DNA of 36,901 nt from a virus (taxonomy: Duplodnaviria > Caudoviricetes): positions 1-36,901 of IMG/VR virus record IMGVR_UViG_3300025782_000036; one strand, given 5' to 3'. Both the position numbers and the translations under genes were made by a program. Below are positions 16,566 through 26,380 of the stretch, one piece after another. Numbering within the stretch: position 1 is the stretch's first letter; each line of letters opens with the position of its first letter. The notes under the pieces are model-generated. The model worked only from the letters and a program-made list of their open reading frames with translations. It searched no databases and was not told where the DNA came from.

Positions 16566-17455
16566 CAGCACATTCACAATATAAAAAAGGTTTAGATTTA
16601 CTCCATTTAGGTCACTATCTTCCAGGGTTCAGGCTCTACGAATTTAGATGGCATCCACAAACCATGCAAGCCACAGGCGAGAAATGGGATAAATGGATTA
16701 AAGCCCCAAAATGGAATGGCGAAAGGCTTTATGACAAGCACATCACCGTTCAGATGGAACAAGGCTTTGGCGACATTATTCAGATGGCTCGATTTCTGCC
16801 TATGCTCAAAGTATGGGGCGCTAGAACAGTCAGCGTAATGGTTCACGAATCCATGATGCAGTTGCTAGGGCAAATGGATTGCGTTGATTACATTTCTAGC
16901 ACACGAACAGAGGGCAAACCTTTAGAAGCGGATTATTGGGTAGGCTCAATGTCATTGCCATTTTTTGCGATGCACTCGCCAAGCTATGTCCGCCAATCAT
17001 TCCCAATTACGAAGGATAAAATTGTTGGCTCAGAAGGCTATTTAGACGCTGGTTTTAGCCCGATAGAGCGCAAAGTTGGGGTTAATTGGATGGCATCTAA
17101 AGGCCCACTTCATTATATTAAATCCACGCCCATCAAAGAATTGCGCCAATTAGTCGGTGATGATTGCTACTCATTAAACCCAGAAATTGACGACATATTT
17201 ATGCCATTGCCTAGCGATGGCTGGAAACAAAATTTCTATAAGACTGCGTGTCATATGAAGTCATTAAAAGCCGTTGTAGCGCCTGATACGGCTACAGCGC
17301 ATTTAGCTGGCGCTTTGGGTGTCAAGACTTTTGTTTTGTTGCCTGAAGATGCCTATATTTGTTGGCGATGGAAAAATGCCAGTTGGTACGATTCCGCTGT
17401 CCCCTTACGCCAGAGTGACTGGCACAAACTACCACAACTATTGGAGGCGTTATGA
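16562..17455 (+). CDS. GT9-like (heptosyltransferase-fold) glycosyltransferase
   Basis: EQGFGDIIQMARF, SMSLP, DTATAHLAGALGVKTFVLL, WRW...WYDS. Confidence 0.8.
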   Translation: MTAHSQYKKGLDLLHLGHYLPGFRLYEFRWHPQTMQATGEKWDKWIKAPKWNGERLYDKHITVQMEQGFGDIIQMARFLPMLKVWGARTVSVMVHESMMQLLGQMDCVDYISSTRTEGKPLEADYWVGSMSLPFFAMHSPSYVRQSFPITKDKIVGSEGYLDAGFSPIERKVGVNWMASKGPLHYIKSTPIKELRQLVGDDCYSLNPEIDDIFMPLPSDGWKQNFYKTACHMKSLKAVVAPDTATAHLAGALGVKTFVLLPEDAYICWRWKNASWYDSAVPLRQSDWHKLPQLLEAL

Positions 17456-17829
17456 TTTGTCCAAACTGCGGATGGTCTGAAGGAAACCATGTAAAAGCTA
17501 AACAATCTGATAAAGATTATTACCTTGAGTTCTGGGGGTTTACCCTAGGAACACCCGAAGCTGAAGAAGCATGGAAACAAAAACAAGAAATGACAAGGCG
17601 TGAATCGGCTATGGTCATGTCCGATATTGAAGGCTATATCAGCCAAGTTGATGGCTCATGGATTAAAAGCCGTAGCCACCACAGAGAACACTTGAAACAG
17701 CACCGAATGATTGAAATTGGCAATGATGTCCCAATGCAACACAAGCCGATTGAGATTGACCGCAAATCTGCGGAAAAGCGTAAACGCCAAATTGCAGAAT
17801 TGGCATACGCAAAACTTAACTACCGATAA
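17452..17829 (+). CDS. Hypothetical protein preceding the scaffold
   Basis: CPNC; SQVDGSWIKSRSHHREHLKQH. Confidence 0.75.
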   Translation: MICPNCGWSEGNHVKAKQSDKDYYLEFWGFTLGTPEAEEAWKQKQEMTRRESAMVMSDIEGYISQVDGSWIKSRSHHREHLKQHRMIEIGNDVPMQHKPIEIDRKSAEKRKRQIAELAYAKLNYR

Positions 17830-17841
17830 CTTGGAGAAAAC

Positions 17842-18903
17842 ATGAGTGATGACCGCAGAAGTGCATTAGAAGCAGCAATGGAGGCAGCCTTAGAACAACC
17901 TGAGGAGAATGAAATTGTCGAAGAACCCTTGGAAGAACCAAAGGATGTGGCAGAGAATAATGCCGAGGAGTCCAATCAAGAGGAAGCTGTCGCAGAAGAT
18001 AGTGAAAAACCTGCCGAAAGCGTTCAAGCTGCTGAATCTGAGGAGTCGGATGAAGAACCGCAGGAAGAAGAAACTGTAAAAGCGATTCCACGCCCAACCA
18101 CATGGAAAAAAGAGTATCTACCAATTTGGGATAAGCTCACTTCTGGTCAGCAATTAACCAAAGAAGAAAGCCTCAAATTAGCAGAATATTCAAATCAGCG
18201 TGAATCTGAGTACAAAAAGGGTGTTTCTACCTATAAACAAGAAGCCGACAACGCTAAAGTGCTAGTAGAGGCAATCGCCCCATTTGTCCCTGAATTACAG
18301 AAGCAAAACATTCACCCTGCTGCCTGGATTAATAACCTTGGCAGAGCACACATGATTTTATCTAGCGCACCTTATGACCAAAGAGTTCAACTATTTCATA
18401 GACTTGCACAAGATTATGGAATACAATTAGGGGAAAGTGTTGCGCCAATGCAACAAGACCCACAGTCTTATGCGTTGAATCAACAACTTGCTGCTTTGCA
18501 GAACGAAGTGCAACAGGTTCGTGGCTGGAAGCAACAAGAAGAACAAAGCCGTCTGATGGCAGAAATTCAGAGGGTTAGTAGTGATGCGGAGAAGTTTCCG
18601 CACTTTGAGGTGGTAAGGGAAGATATGGCTCAATTACTTGAGCGTGGTTTAGCCCAAGACCTTGAAACGGCTTATGCAAAAGCTGTGCGTATGAATGATG
18701 AAGTCTTTAAATTGGAACAAGAACGACTCCTTGCCCAAGTTAAAAAGGAAGCATCAAAGGCACAACAAGTAGCTAAAGCCAAAGCTGCCGCAGTTAGTCC
18801 AAAGTCCGTTACACCTAGCGGAGTGGGTAATAAGGCAGATGGTAAGGACAGAAGGTCAATTATTGCAGCGCAATTAGGCGAGGCAATGACTGGCAGGGTT
18901 TAA
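17842..18903 (+). CDS. Capsid scaffolding protein (putative)
   Basis: Acidic N-terminus; helical; directly before the capsid gene. Confidence 0.75.
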   Translation: MSDDRRSALEAAMEAALEQPEENEIVEEPLEEPKDVAENNAEESNQEEAVAEDSEKPAESVQAAESEESDEEPQEEETVKAIPRPTTWKKEYLPIWDKLTSGQQLTKEESLKLAEYSNQRESEYKKGVSTYKQEADNAKVLVEAIAPFVPELQKQNIHPAAWINNLGRAHMILSSAPYDQRVQLFHRLAQDYGIQLGESVAPMQQDPQSYALNQQLAALQNEVQQVRGWKQQEEQSRLMAEIQRVSSDAEKFPHFEVVREDMAQLLERGLAQDLETAYAKAVRMNDEVFKLEQERLLAQVKKEASKAQQVAKAKAAAVSPKSVTPSGVGNKADGKDRRSIIAAQLGEAMTGRV

Positions 18904-18931
18904 ATTAACTTATTTTTAAAGGATAACTATC

Positions 18932-19912
18932 ATGGCATTTGCTAATAGCGCAATTACCGATATTATCGCTACTACCATCCAAAGTCGTAGCGGTGAATTG
19001 GCAGACAACTTAACAAACAACAACGCAATCTTGCAACAGTTGGACAAGAAGGGCAATGTACGCCCATTCTCAGGTGGTAATGTGATTTTGGAAGAAATCA
19101 TGTACAACGACCCAAATACCAACAATGCAAACAGCTACTCTGGATATGAAGTATTGAACATTTCCCCAGATAGCCCAATTTCTGCAGCCCAGTACAAAAT
19201 TGCTCAGTACGCTGATGCAGTTACTATGTCTGGCTTGGAAATGCTTCAAAACTCAAGCAAAGAAGCAATCATTGACCTGTTAGATGGTCGTATGCAAGTT
19301 TCTGAAGCTCGCTTGTTAAACCGTATCTCTGGCGACTTGTTCCTAGACGGTACAGGTAACGGTGGTAAGAACTTGGATGGTTTGGCTGCTGCGGTTTCCG
19401 CAACTCCTACCTCTGGTACTTACGGTGGTATTAATGCTGCTAACTGGTCTTTCTGGCAGAACACAGCAACTACTGGCACAACCATTACTGCTACCAACAT
19501 CCAAGCTAAGATGACTTCAACAGCCCTCCAGTTGGTTCGTGGTACTGATAAAGCCGACTTGATTGTTGCTGATACCAACTTCTACAGCCTGTATGTACAA
19601 GCTCTCCAAGCTATTCAGCGTATCATGACCGAAGAATCTGGTTCTTCAGGTTTCGCATCCATGAAGTTCTATGGTGGCGGTACATCTGCTGATGTGGTAT
19701 TGGGTGGCGGTTATGGTAACGAGCAACCTTCTAACACCATGTACTTCTTGAACACCAATTACATTTTCCTACGCCCACACAAAGAGCGTAACTTTGTACC
19801 TATCGGTGGCGAGCGTCAAGCAATTAACCAAGACGCTATTGTTAAGTTGTACGGCTGGGCTGGTAACTTGACCACAAGTAACCGCTTCCTCCAAGGCATC
19901 TTGACAAACTAA
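18932..19912 (+). CDS. Major capsid protein
   Basis: 326 aa after the scaffold; strong RBS; DGTGNGGKNLDGLAAAV; terminator downstream. Confidence 0.85.
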   Translation: MAFANSAITDIIATTIQSRSGELADNLTNNNAILQQLDKKGNVRPFSGGNVILEEIMYNDPNTNNANSYSGYEVLNISPDSPISAAQYKIAQYADAVTMSGLEMLQNSSKEAIIDLLDGRMQVSEARLLNRISGDLFLDGTGNGGKNLDGLAAAVSATPTSGTYGGINAANWSFWQNTATTGTTITATNIQAKMTSTALQLVRGTDKADLIVADTNFYSLYVQALQAIQRIMTEESGSSGFASMKFYGGGTSADVVLGGGYGNEQPSNTMYFLNTNYIFLRPHKERNFVPIGGERQAINQDAIVKLYGWAGNLTTSNRFLQGILTN

Positions 19913-19938
19913 TCCATTGATTTGAAAGGAAAAATATC

Positions 19939-20247
19939 ATGGCATACAGTACTCTCCCTATCGCTGGCGTATCTTTAACTACAGTTACCCCAGTTGATTT
20001 TGCTTTAACCAACGGTTCAACCGCAGAAGTAATTCCAGCGTTTGGCCCAATCGGTGCAGAAACTTTTGCATCAGATGGTAAGCGTTATGTGTTCGCACAA
20101 GCAGCCGCTACTATCACTCCAAGCACCACAACTTGCACCGTTAATGCTTCTACTTTCCAAGTAACAGCAACAGGCGGTTCATACATTTCACCAGCAGTTT
20201 CTATGGTTTCTGGTGACTATGGCTGGTTTGGCGCTACAAGCGTTTAA
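19939..20247 (+). CDS. Capsid decoration/cement protein (putative)
   Basis: Between capsid and terminator; DGKRYVFAQA...GDYGWF. Confidence 0.6.
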   Translation: MAYSTLPIAGVSLTTVTPVDFALTNGSTAEVIPAFGPIGAETFASDGKRYVFAQAAATITPSTTTCTVNASTFQVTATGGSYISPAVSMVSGDYGWFGATSV

Positions 20248-20268
20248 GTTTTAACCCTGTAGTAAACT

Positions 20269-20305
20269 AGGGATTCCCTCAAAAGGGGAGTCCCTTTTTC
20301 TTTTT
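20269..20305 (+). terminator. Rho-independent terminator
   Basis: AGGGATTCCCTC-AAAA-GGGGAGTCCCT followed by TTTTCTTTTT. Confidence 0.85.
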
Positions 20306-20331
20306 AACCCCTAATCCCTTAGGAGAATTAA

Positions 20332-20955
20332 ATGGCTATTGAATCAGATGTTCGTGGCGCAGATGCGCTTTTAAGTGTTCGTTTTTATCGTAAACCGATT
20401 GAAATTAAAGACGAAACCCTCGCTCAAGGCAGACCTATTTTTAAGGATGCTGATTGGATTCAGATTATGACTCCAGGCGACCAACTCAATGTGATTGACA
20501 CCATCGCTAGAGATAACCATAAAGCTCGATTCCCACAACAATGGGCTGTTTACCAAAATAAAATCGGAAATCAGGAAGAAATCGTAGGAACTCCTGTTTC
20601 TGCATGGCCTTTAGTCAGTATGTCCCAAGCTGAAGAACTCAAAGGAATCAAGTTTCATACCGTAGAGTCGATTGCTAACTGCTCTGACCAGCAATTACAG
20701 CGTATTGGCATGATTGCAGGCATGTCACCCCATGCTTTTAGAGAAAAAGCCCGCACCTACCTCAATTTGGCTAAAGATACAGCAGAAGTTGATGCCAAAA
20801 ATGCTGAATTAGCACAACTCAAAGAAGAAAATGCTAAAATTAAGGCAGAAACAGATGCGAAGCTGGCTCAAATGCAAGAGCAAATGGCAGCGCTACTTGC
20901 GGCTGTGAGTGAAAAGAAACCTAGAACTCGCAAAAAAGTAACCGAGGAAGCCTAA
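20332..20955 (+). CDS. Hypothetical protein with coiled-coil C-terminus
   Basis: AGGAG RBS; ORF track. Confidence 0.75.
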   Translation: MAIESDVRGADALLSVRFYRKPIEIKDETLAQGRPIFKDADWIQIMTPGDQLNVIDTIARDNHKARFPQQWAVYQNKIGNQEEIVGTPVSAWPLVSMSQAEELKGIKFHTVESIANCSDQQLQRIGMIAGMSPHAFREKARTYLNLAKDTAEVDAKNAELAQLKEENAKIKAETDAKLAQMQEQMAALLAAVSEKKPRTRKKVTEEA

Positions 20956-20956
20956 T

Positions 20957-21856
20957 ATGTCAGCAACGATGCTCCAACTTGTACAGCAAGTTACAGCCGA
21001 ATTAAACCTTACAGTACCTACCTATGTTAATGGTAATCCTAGCCAAGACACGCAACAAATCTTGGCTTTGATGAATGGCGCAGGGTATGATTTACTTAAG
21101 GAATACGACTGGCAAGCTCTCGAGAAGGAGTATCGTTTCTACACTCAATTTGTCAATGCAATTGCAACATCGGTTCAAGGCAGTTATGTATTAACCAATG
21201 TCAGCAATACTACAGGTTTAACCACACAATATTCGATTACTGGCTACAATGTCGCCCAAGATACCTATGTAGTTTCAGTAAATGGTAATACTGTCACAAT
21301 GAGCCAAGAAGCCTCATTAACAGGCACAAATAGCGTTTTATTTGCTCAGACCGAGTACACTTTACCAAGCGATTTTGAGACCATTACAGACCGCACACAT
21401 TGGGATAAGACAAAGCATTGGGAAATGCTTGGCCCTGAGGATGCACAGCAATGGCAATGGCTAAAATCGGGTTATATCTCAACTGGCCCTCGTGTCCGTT
21501 GGCGTATTCTAGGCGGTACTTTTCAAATCTGGCCACCAATGAATACCCAAGAGTATTTAGGCTTTGAATATCGTTCTAACGCATGGGCAGAATCAGCCGC
21601 AGGTGTGCCACAGCAACAGTTTATTAACGATACCGATACGACTTTCTTTGATAGCCGTATCATGGTGCTATATACCAAGCTCAAATACTTCCAAGTTAAA
21701 GGCTTTGACACAACCGCTTTAATGCAAGATTATCAGCGTTATTTATCAATAGCGAAAGCCAATGATAAAGGCGCACCTAACCTGTCATTTGCGCCAAATC
21801 CAAGCAAAGTGCTTATTGGCTGGGCTAATATCCCTGATACAGGCTATGGCACATGA
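20957..21856 (+). CDS. Head-tail adaptor / tail tubular protein A-like
   Basis: Position after the capsid module; helical termini. Confidence 0.65.
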   Translation: MSATMLQLVQQVTAELNLTVPTYVNGNPSQDTQQILALMNGAGYDLLKEYDWQALEKEYRFYTQFVNAIATSVQGSYVLTNVSNTTGLTTQYSITGYNVAQDTYVVSVNGNTVTMSQEASLTGTNSVLFAQTEYTLPSDFETITDRTHWDKTKHWEMLGPEDAQQWQWLKSGYISTGPRVRWRILGGTFQIWPPMNTQEYLGFEYRSNAWAESAAGVPQQQFINDTDTTFFDSRIMVLYTKLKYFQVKGFDTTALMQDYQRYLSIAKANDKGAPNLSFAPNPSKVLIGWANIPDTGYGT

Positions 21857-23619
21857 TTTTTGGTCAGCCAAAAAAGTTTAACGCTACCGTTGCGTCACTT
21901 CCCGCACCGATTGGTGGCTGGAACGCTAGGGATTCCCTTGCTGAAATGTCCCCAACGGATGCCGTTCAGCTTACCAATTTTTTTCCTACGCCTTACGATG
22001 TCCAATTAAGACGAGGATATACTAAGTTTTCGACAGGCATCACAGGTCAAATAAACACCCTAATGACCTACGCTGGAGTAAGCAGTCAAACCTTGTTTGC
22101 CGCAGCAGGAAACACGATTTATAATGCTTCATCTAGCACCGCAACTTCTAGCTTGACAGGGCTAACCAACGATAAATGGCAACATGTCAATTTTTCTAAT
22201 ATTAGTGGAAATTATCTTGTTGCTTGTAACGGTGCTGACCCAGTCATTATTTATGACGGCACAAACTGGATTAAGATGGCTACGACTGGCACAGCCCAGA
22301 CCATCTCTAGCATTACCCATGTAGGAACATTAGCTACTTTAACAACATCATCGCCACATGGTCTTATTACTGGCAATCAAGTAACAATTACTGGTGCAAC
22401 ACCTACCGATTACAACGGTACTTATGTTATTACTGTTACTGGCGCAAATACATTTACCTACACAATGGCTACAACGCCAAGTGGTAATGCAAGTGTTGTG
22501 GGAACTTATGTTATTGGTTTTTATGTAACTGGCGTAAATAGCAACACTTTTGTCAATGTAAACCTATTTAAAAATAGGCTTTATTTCACCCAAAACAACT
22601 CAATGAATGTTTGGTACTTACCTACCAACGCATTGGGTGGCGCAGCGCAAGTCCTAAATTTTGGAGGAATAGCACGAAATGGTGGCTTTATTCAAGCAAT
22701 GGGTACTTGGACTCTTGACGCTGGTTATGGCGTTGATGATTTTGCAGTATTTCTTACCAATATGGGTGAGGTCATCGTTTACCAAGGAACTGACCCATCT
22801 TCTGCTACGACATGGGCTTTAAAAGGCGTATTTCAGATTGGTTATATATTTAGCCGTAGATGCTTATTTAAGTGGGCTGGAGACCTTTTAATTCTAACCA
22901 ATGACGGTTTAGTGCCATTGACAGCAGACCTTCAGTCTAGCCGTCTTGACCCTCGAATTAACTTAACAGACAAGATATTCCAAGCTGTAGCTACTGCTAC
23001 AAGTCTTTATAGCACCAATTTTGGCTGGCAGATTATGTATTTTGCCAAACCCCAAATGCTTATCCTAAATATTCCAATTTCAGGCGGAACTCAGCAATAT
23101 GTAATGCACACCATTACAAAGTCTTGGGCTAACTTTACCAATATTGGCGCTGCTTGCTTTGAAATGTACTATGACAACTGCTATTTTGGTGGAAATGGCT
23201 TTGTAGGACAGTTTTGGAATGGCGACAGCGATGCTGGCACAAACATTAATGCTGTAGCCCAACAAGCCTATAACTATTTTGATGCTAGAGGTCAATTAAA
23301 GCGGTTTTCAATGGTTCGCCCAATTATTCAGACGGATAATGGCGTACCTACCATTTTGGCTGGCATGAGCTATGACTTTGATGCTGCCAATCCACAAAAT
23401 TCACTTAGTTACAATCCAGCCGTTTCACAGGTAGGTCTTTGGGACACCGCCAAATGGGACAATAATATCTGGACAGCAGGATTAATTACGACTAAGCAAT
23501 GGCAAGGCGTTACTGGAATAGGCTATGCCGCCAGTTTTACCCTAAATATTGCATCGCAAAACATTGAATTACATTGGGATTCCACCGATTTTGTCATGGA
23601 AAAAGGTGCTGTTCTGTAA
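21853..23619 (+). CDS. Tail nozzle / tubular protein B (P22 gp10-like) with an inserted FCCH-like beta domain
   Basis: Size, position and beta-rich sequence; insert SPHGLITGNQVTITGATPTDYNGTYVITV. Confidence 0.7.
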   Translation: MIFGQPKKFNATVASLPAPIGGWNARDSLAEMSPTDAVQLTNFFPTPYDVQLRRGYTKFSTGITGQINTLMTYAGVSSQTLFAAAGNTIYNASSSTATSSLTGLTNDKWQHVNFSNISGNYLVACNGADPVIIYDGTNWIKMATTGTAQTISSITHVGTLATLTTSSPHGLITGNQVTITGATPTDYNGTYVITVTGANTFTYTMATTPSGNASVVGTYVIGFYVTGVNSNTFVNVNLFKNRLYFTQNNSMNVWYLPTNALGGAAQVLNFGGIARNGGFIQAMGTWTLDAGYGVDDFAVFLTNMGEVIVYQGTDPSSATTWALKGVFQIGYIFSRRCLFKWAGDLLILTNDGLVPLTADLQSSRLDPRINLTDKIFQAVATATSLYSTNFGWQIMYFAKPQMLILNIPISGGTQQYVMHTITKSWANFTNIGAACFEMYYDNCYFGGNGFVGQFWNGDSDAGTNINAVAQQAYNYFDARGQLKRFSMVRPIIQTDNGVPTILAGMSYDFDAANPQNSLSYNPAVSQVGLWDTAKWDNNIWTAGLITTKQWQGVTGIGYAASFTLNIASQNIELHWDSTDFVMEKGAVL

Positions 23620-24035
23620 TGCGTAGGCTTACAACGGAAAACCAAGAAAATTTAAGGAAGTGGCTGTCAGAAGTAGGAGATTTTGAATATCCTGACAATA
23701 CTATGTGTATTGGGCAAGAGAAAGATGGGCAATTAATTGGAGTTGTTGGATATGACAATTTCAACCCAAATTCCTGCCAAATTCATGTAGCAACTACGGA
23801 TGTTTATTGGCTTAACAAAGCCATGTTAAATGCTATTTTTGACTATCCCTTTAACATTTTAGAAGTCAAGGTTATAATCGCACCTATATGCAAGGATAAT
23901 TATAAGTCCTTGAAACTGTGCCGAAAACTTGGCTTTGAACAGGTAGCTGACATCCCCTATGGACATCCAGATGGGGATTTAATAGTGATGGTTATGAAGC
24001 GTAACCGATGTGTTTGGTTACAACAAGGAGAATGA
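23619..24035 (+). CDS. GNAT-fold acetyltransferase-like protein
   Basis: DGQLIGVVGY...AIFDYPF...NYKSLKLCRKLGFEQ; TAATG overlap. Confidence 0.75.
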   Translation: MRRLTTENQENLRKWLSEVGDFEYPDNTMCIGQEKDGQLIGVVGYDNFNPNSCQIHVATTDVYWLNKAMLNAIFDYPFNILEVKVIIAPICKDNYKSLKLCRKLGFEQVADIPYGHPDGDLIVMVMKRNRCVWLQQGE

Positions 24036-24036
24036 A

Positions 24037-24807
24037 ATGGGCGGTATAGTAGATAGCATTTTTGGCGGTGGTGGCGGTTCAAGCGCACCAGCAGCGCCAG
24101 CACAACCGAATTACACCCAAGCGGCACAAGCAACTGCCGCAGGGAATATGATTGGGCAGAATACGCCCTACGGTACTTTAAATTACACACAGTCTGGTAC
24201 AGATGCCTATGGCAATCCAATGTACACAGCAAACCAAACTGTTGCGCCTTCGCTACAACCTGCGGTACAAAACTCACAAAATACTATAGGAAATTTTCAA
24301 TACCAGCCATTTACAGGCGGTAATTTGCCTTCTTACGGAATTAATCCAGGTCAAACTTATCAAGAAGCTGAAATGTCAATTCTTCAGCCTCAAATTGACC
24401 GCCAAAGACAACAAACATATACCCAACTTGCTAATCAAGGTATTCAGCCTGGTTCTGAAGCATACAAAAATGCAATGATGGACTTGAATAACCAACAAAA
24501 TAACTTGTTAGCCAATGTAACAACACAAGGTATTGGCGTAGGCTTAAATGCCAATCAACAGCAATATGGTCAAAACCTTAATACCTACAATACCAACGCT
24601 ACAACGCCATTTACACAAGCTAATGCAATTAAAGGTTTGGCAACTCCAAGCTATGTGCAAACCCCTGCTGGCCCAAATTATTTAGGTGCTGCACAAACAC
24701 AATTTTCTGGTCAGCTTGGTGCTTATAACGCTGCACAAGCAAATCAAACCAACCAAATGAATGGTCTATTAGGTCTTGCTGGAACTATTGGTTCAGCATT
24801 GTTATAA
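24037..24807 (+). CDS. Internal virion / DNA ejection protein
   Basis: Q/N/G-rich; LANQGIQPGSEAY; position. Confidence 0.65.
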   Translation: MGGIVDSIFGGGGGSSAPAAPAQPNYTQAAQATAAGNMIGQNTPYGTLNYTQSGTDAYGNPMYTANQTVAPSLQPAVQNSQNTIGNFQYQPFTGGNLPSYGINPGQTYQEAEMSILQPQIDRQRQQTYTQLANQGIQPGSEAYKNAMMDLNNQQNNLLANVTTQGIGVGLNANQQQYGQNLNTYNTNATTPFTQANAIKGLATPSYVQTPAGPNYLGAAQTQFSGQLGAYNAAQANQTNQMNGLLGLAGTIGSALL

Positions 24808-24809
24808 AA

Positions 24810-25247
24810 ATGCCATTAAACGCTTACATACCAATTTCAATGGGCTCGCCACAAGCGATGGACAATACTGCATTGTCACAAGCGTTAATGACACCTCAAT
24901 ATCCAGTTCCACAAAATCCACTTAATATGGGATTAAATACTCAGCTTGCTAAGGCATTGCGTGGGCAACATCAATCACCATTAAGCGGTTATTTTGCGAA
25001 TACTTTTGGCGGTAGTGCTGGTAATGATTTGAGTGCTTATATGCCTTGGAATCAAACTGCTACTGCAAATACTTATGGAACTGACCCATATTCACAACAA
25101 AGTTTAATGCTTGCACAACAAGATGCAGGATTGACCAATTCTCCATTTACATCCAATTTTTCATTAGATAATTTGGGAAATATGTTTAATAGTTTTGGTA
25201 GTTCTGCCCCACAAGCATTAGATACAGCAGCATCAGTAGTAGGATAA
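24810..25247 (+). CDS. Internal virion protein (putative)
   Basis: Low-charge ORF within the ejection cluster. Confidence 0.55.
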   Translation: MPLNAYIPISMGSPQAMDNTALSQALMTPQYPVPQNPLNMGLNTQLAKALRGQHQSPLSGYFANTFGGSAGNDLSAYMPWNQTATANTYGTDPYSQQSLMLAQQDAGLTNSPFTSNFSLDNLGNMFNSFGSSAPQALDTAASVVG

Positions 25248-25255
25248 GGATAAAT

Positions 25256-26380
25256 ATGGCAATTAATCAATATACTCCAACAACCATTCTAGACCCAAAT
25301 TCTGAAGAATTGGCTGGAATTAATCGCCAACAAGCATTGGCTAATGCTTTGCTGACACAAGGTTTGCAAGGTCAGCCACAAGGTCAAATGGTAAGCGGAT
25401 ATTATGTAAAGCCATCATTTGCTCAAGCATTAAACCCAGTAGCTCAACAATTAGCTGGTTCTTATTTGGGTAAACAAGCCGATACTAAAGCACAGGAATT
25501 GGCTGCTGCTATTCGTGGCAAACAAGCAGAAGCAGTACAAAATTATTTGAGCGCACAAACCCCACAAGAGAAGTTTGCAGCAGGTACAAGTTCTTATGCG
25601 CCAGCAGAACTGCAAAAATCTGCATACGGCATGATAACTCCACAAAAACTTGGAGAGGGCGAAACATTACAGCAATTAAACTTTGGCACAGGTCAATATG
25701 CACCATTGGCTTCTGGTGGCGAAAAAACTGCACCAGAACTCAGAACCGCAGCACAGTTGCTTGGTATCAATAAGCCAGTTAGCGAATACACGCCACAAGA
25801 TTTAGCTGCTATAAATGCAAAAGTAACTCAATTAAAGCAAGCTGGCGCTAATGTAATGAATGTAAACATGGGTCAGCATGGTTTTGAAAACACTCTTAAA
25901 TTAGGCGAAAACTTCAAATCTGAACCTATTTACAAAACTCATCAAGAAGTATCGCAAGCATATAACCAGGTTAAAAATGCACTTTCTAGAAATGATGCTG
26001 CTGGGGATTTGGCTGCTTCTATTAAGATTAACAAGCTATTAGACCCAAATTCTGTAGTTCGTGAATCTGAAGTAGCTACTGTAGCTAATGCCACAGGATT
26101 ATTGCCAAAATTAGCCAATTATGCAGCGCAAGTTGCAAATGGAACAAGATTAAATCCTGAACAACGCAAAGAATACAAAAAATTGGCAGAAGATTTTTAT
26201 GCTATTTCTGGCAATCAATACAATGAAACTAGAAATAAATATTTACAAATTGGGCAACAAAACGATTTAAAAGGAACGGATACTATTCTTGGAAAGCCTT
26301 ATACTCCAAGCTCAAATACCGTTACACCGCCAGTTACAAAAACTATGATGGATGCTAATGCTATCCTAGGAATTAAATAA
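25256..26380 (+). CDS. Internal virion / DNA ejection protein
   Basis: RQQALANALL...GQMVSGYYV; KLLDPNSVVRESE. Confidence 0.65.
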   Translation: MAINQYTPTTILDPNSEELAGINRQQALANALLTQGLQGQPQGQMVSGYYVKPSFAQALNPVAQQLAGSYLGKQADTKAQELAAAIRGKQAEAVQNYLSAQTPQEKFAAGTSSYAPAELQKSAYGMITPQKLGEGETLQQLNFGTGQYAPLASGGEKTAPELRTAAQLLGINKPVSEYTPQDLAAINAKVTQLKQAGANVMNVNMGQHGFENTLKLGENFKSEPIYKTHQEVSQAYNQVKNALSRNDAAGDLAASIKINKLLDPNSVVRESEVATVANATGLLPKLANYAAQVANGTRLNPEQRKEYKKLAEDFYAISGNQYNETRNKYLQIGQQNDLKGTDTILGKPYTPSSNTVTPPVTKTMMDANAILGIK

